Origin: Dendrobates tinctorius
Taxonomy: Eukaryota
DNA: 64,000 bases
Assembly (NCBI RefSeq): GCF_039654945.1
Contig: NW_027361754.1
Coordinates: forward strand, 52,576,001 to 52,640,000
Reading direction: 5' to 3'
The notes under the pieces were generated by a model that did not search any database, had not been told where the DNA came from, and saw only the letters and a list, made by a program, of their open reading frames with translations. The translations under genes were made by a program, and so were the position numbers. The stretch's first letter is position 1. Each line of letters starts with the position of its first letter. Below are positions 61,741 to 64,000 of this stretch, one piece after another.

Positions 61741-62120
61741 GGAGCATCATGAATTGTGGTATGTGTTAAAGGGGCTCACTGACACTTTTTCGCCCGGGGC
61801 ACACGAAAACCCACCACAACTTTAGCCAAATAACCCCCAGTTTTCAATGTGTAACTATTATTATAAAGTAAATTAAGGTTGACAAGCTTAAGTAATAAGA
61901 ATTGATGTTTTTGGCATTGAAATGGGCAATGTAGGTGTGTTTACTGTCCTCCACTCCCTGCCAACTTTGCTTCCCCATTGACTTGCATTGGGTTTCGTGC
62001 TTCAGTCAGACCTCCAACTTTTCCTGATAGTCGGCCGATTTCGTTCTTCTCAACTTTTGAGAAAGTCAGGTTTCATGAAACCCGACTCGACCCTAAAAAA
62101 GGCAAAGTCGCTCATCTCTA

Positions 62121-64000
62121 GTATTCATTCCAACAGAAGAAATGTTCCAAACTTTAAAACAGGTCCATAGAAGGAATATTTGTTGGATATAGTAAAAATT
62201 GCAAAGAATATAGAATCCTAGATCCCAAAACAGACAAAGTTACGGTGAATAACAGTGTGACATTCATTGAAGATCTAAATGAAGACACTATGATTTCACT
62301 GGAAACAAAAAAAGAGAAAAACAGCAGTGATATAGCTTAAGCAATTTCTGATGAAAAAGAAGTTGAAATTGATAAAAAACAGAATTCTGAAAGTGAAGAG
62401 ATACAACTACAAACAGACACAGAACCAAGACGTTCAACAAGGGAAAACAAAGGAAAATCACCAAAACGTCTCTCATACAAGGCAAATACAAGTAAAATTT
62501 ATGAACCTACCTCTTGGGAAGACATATCTCGACTTCCTGAAGAAGAAGCTAATAAATGGATAGAAGCAGAAATAGGAATAAAATTCATGCATGACTCAAA
62601 GACGTGGACACTAACAGAATTACCAGAAGGAATAAAAGCTATAGGATGTAAATGGGTTTTTAAAGTAAAGTACCAAACAGTTGGCACAACTGAACGATGC
62701 CAAGCAAGACTCATAGCTAAAGGCAATTCTCAAAAAAATGGAGAAGACTATGATGAAACATTTGCTCCAGTTGTCAAACATATAACAATAAGAACTTTGC
62801 AGTTGCAACAATGAAACAAATGGTACTGAAACATCTGGAAGTAAAGACAGCATTTTTGAATGGAAGTTTAACATAAGATATTTACATGGAACAACCACCA
62901 GGATTCAAAGATGAAAGTAACCCAAACATGGTTTGCAGATTGCAGAAAAGTATATATGGTTTAAAACAAGCAGCTAAAGCGTGGAATGATAGAATCACGG
63001 AAGGGCTCACAAATGAAAAATCTCAAAGAAGCAAAGCTGATCCTTGCCTGTACACAAAAAGACTAATGAACAGAAGGATTTATGTACTCATATACAATAT
63101 GTTGATGACATTTTAGTTTGTTTTGAAAAAGAAAGGGATAGCAACATTTCGAGATCAAAGATTTGGGAAATGTGAAACAGTACCTAGGAATACAGATAGA
63201 AAGAGAAGAAGATGGAAGTTTCTTACTTAATCAAAATCACATGATTCAAGACATAACCGAAACATTTGGATTGAAAGATGCAAAAATAGCAAAGTCTCCA
63301 TTGGAAACTAATTATCTTAAAGAGATAAATAGTGAGAAAAATGTGTTACCAAATAATGAAGAGTACAGAATGGCAATAGAAAAATGACTGTATCTAGCGA
63401 CTGTTACAAGACCAGACATCGCAGCAGCAGTAGGATTTCTGAGTAGAAAAGTATCTAAGCCAAATAAAGCGAATTGGAATGCTGTGAAGAGAGTAATACG
63501 TTATTTCAAAGGAACTGGCAATGTTAAACTGAAACTTCCTACAACCGATCAATGCATTTTAACTGGATAAGTTGATGCAGATTGGGCTGGAGATCCAACT
63601 GACAGAAAATCTACCAGTGGCTATCTTTTCTTTCTCTCAGGCGGACCAATTAGTTGGGCTAGTAAAAAACAATCAAAAGTAACGCTGTCATCAACAGAAG
63701 CAGAATATATTGCAGCAGCACATGCAAGTCAAGAAATTCTATGGTTAAGACAATTGCTAACAGACCTAGGACAACCTCAGTTGGAACCGACAAAAATAAA
63801 TGAGGACAATCAAGGCTGTCTTGTTCTTGCTCAGTTGAAAGGGTTAACCCAAGAACCAAGCACATTGATGTGAAGTATCATTTCTTGAGGGATCATCAGG
63901 AACAAGGAATCCTGAAATTAGAATATTGTCATACTGAAGATATGACAGCAGACATTTTCACAAAGGCATTGAATGCCGAAAAACATCAGATACTAATGAA
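62121..64000 (+). pseudogene. Decayed Copia reverse transcriptase and RNase H
   Basis: AIGCKWVFK, YDETFAPV, MEQPPGF, SIYGLKQA, YVDD (about 63098), DADWAGD, EAEY, EDNQ, KHIDVKYHF and ADIFTK, with stops and frameshifts. Confidence 0.95.

Larger units (their letters stand above)
55782..61811. mobile_element. Minisatellite-bearing hAT-type MITE with nested insertions
   Basis: Left TIR CAGGGCCGGCGTCAGCACC. The right subterminal sequence ggggctcactgacactttttcgcccgggg lacks an intact TIR, so pairing the ends is inferred. Confidence 0.6.
49635..62120 (+). mobile_element. 12.5-kb hAT transposon with nested cargo
   Basis: TIRs CAGAGTTGAGCGA and TCGCTCATCTCTA. Perfect 8-bp TSD gtattcat at 49627-49634 and 62121-62128. 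Removing it rejoins the Copia pol. Confidence 0.95.
45971..64000 (+). mobile_element. Ty1/Copia retrotransposon with nested insertions, continuing past the window end
   Basis: 5' LTR 45971-46275 (TGTTG...CAACA), PBS GGTTATGGGCCCAG at 46276-46289, domain order gag-PR-IN-RT-RH. Confidence 0.95.

Overview
This is eukaryotic, almost entirely repeat-derived DNA. The repeat inventory (hAT, Kolobok/T2, Harbinger and piggyBac MITEs, CR1, L2, Copia, Gypsy-type solo LTRs, Penelope-like inverted ends) suggests a large-genome frog; that assignment is inference. I found no host protein-coding gene, rRNA, tRNA or CRISPR array, and most ORFs in the track are by-products of repeats. Many insertions resolve to the base through their target-site duplications (TSDs). 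The main structures are: (i) a + strand Copia element (45971 to the window end) split by a CR1 and a 12.5-kb hAT element, which itself holds a CR1, a solo LTR and a hAT MITE containing a Tc1, an LTR and nested Penelope-like inserts; (ii) a - strand Copia (23144-26842) split by an L2 that carries a solo LTR; (iii) a second decayed hAT transposase (about 29380-32285); (iv) about ten solo LTRs and many palindromic MITEs. The most notable signals are a complete minimal hammerhead ribozyme in a 321-bp TSD-flanked retrozyme-like insertion (22535-22855), two back-to-back hammerheads in a Penelope-like palindrome (59253-59731), and a cold-shock-domain-like ORF in an LTR element that appears only after a nested hAT MITE is removed. 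All calls were made by eye, with no database search.
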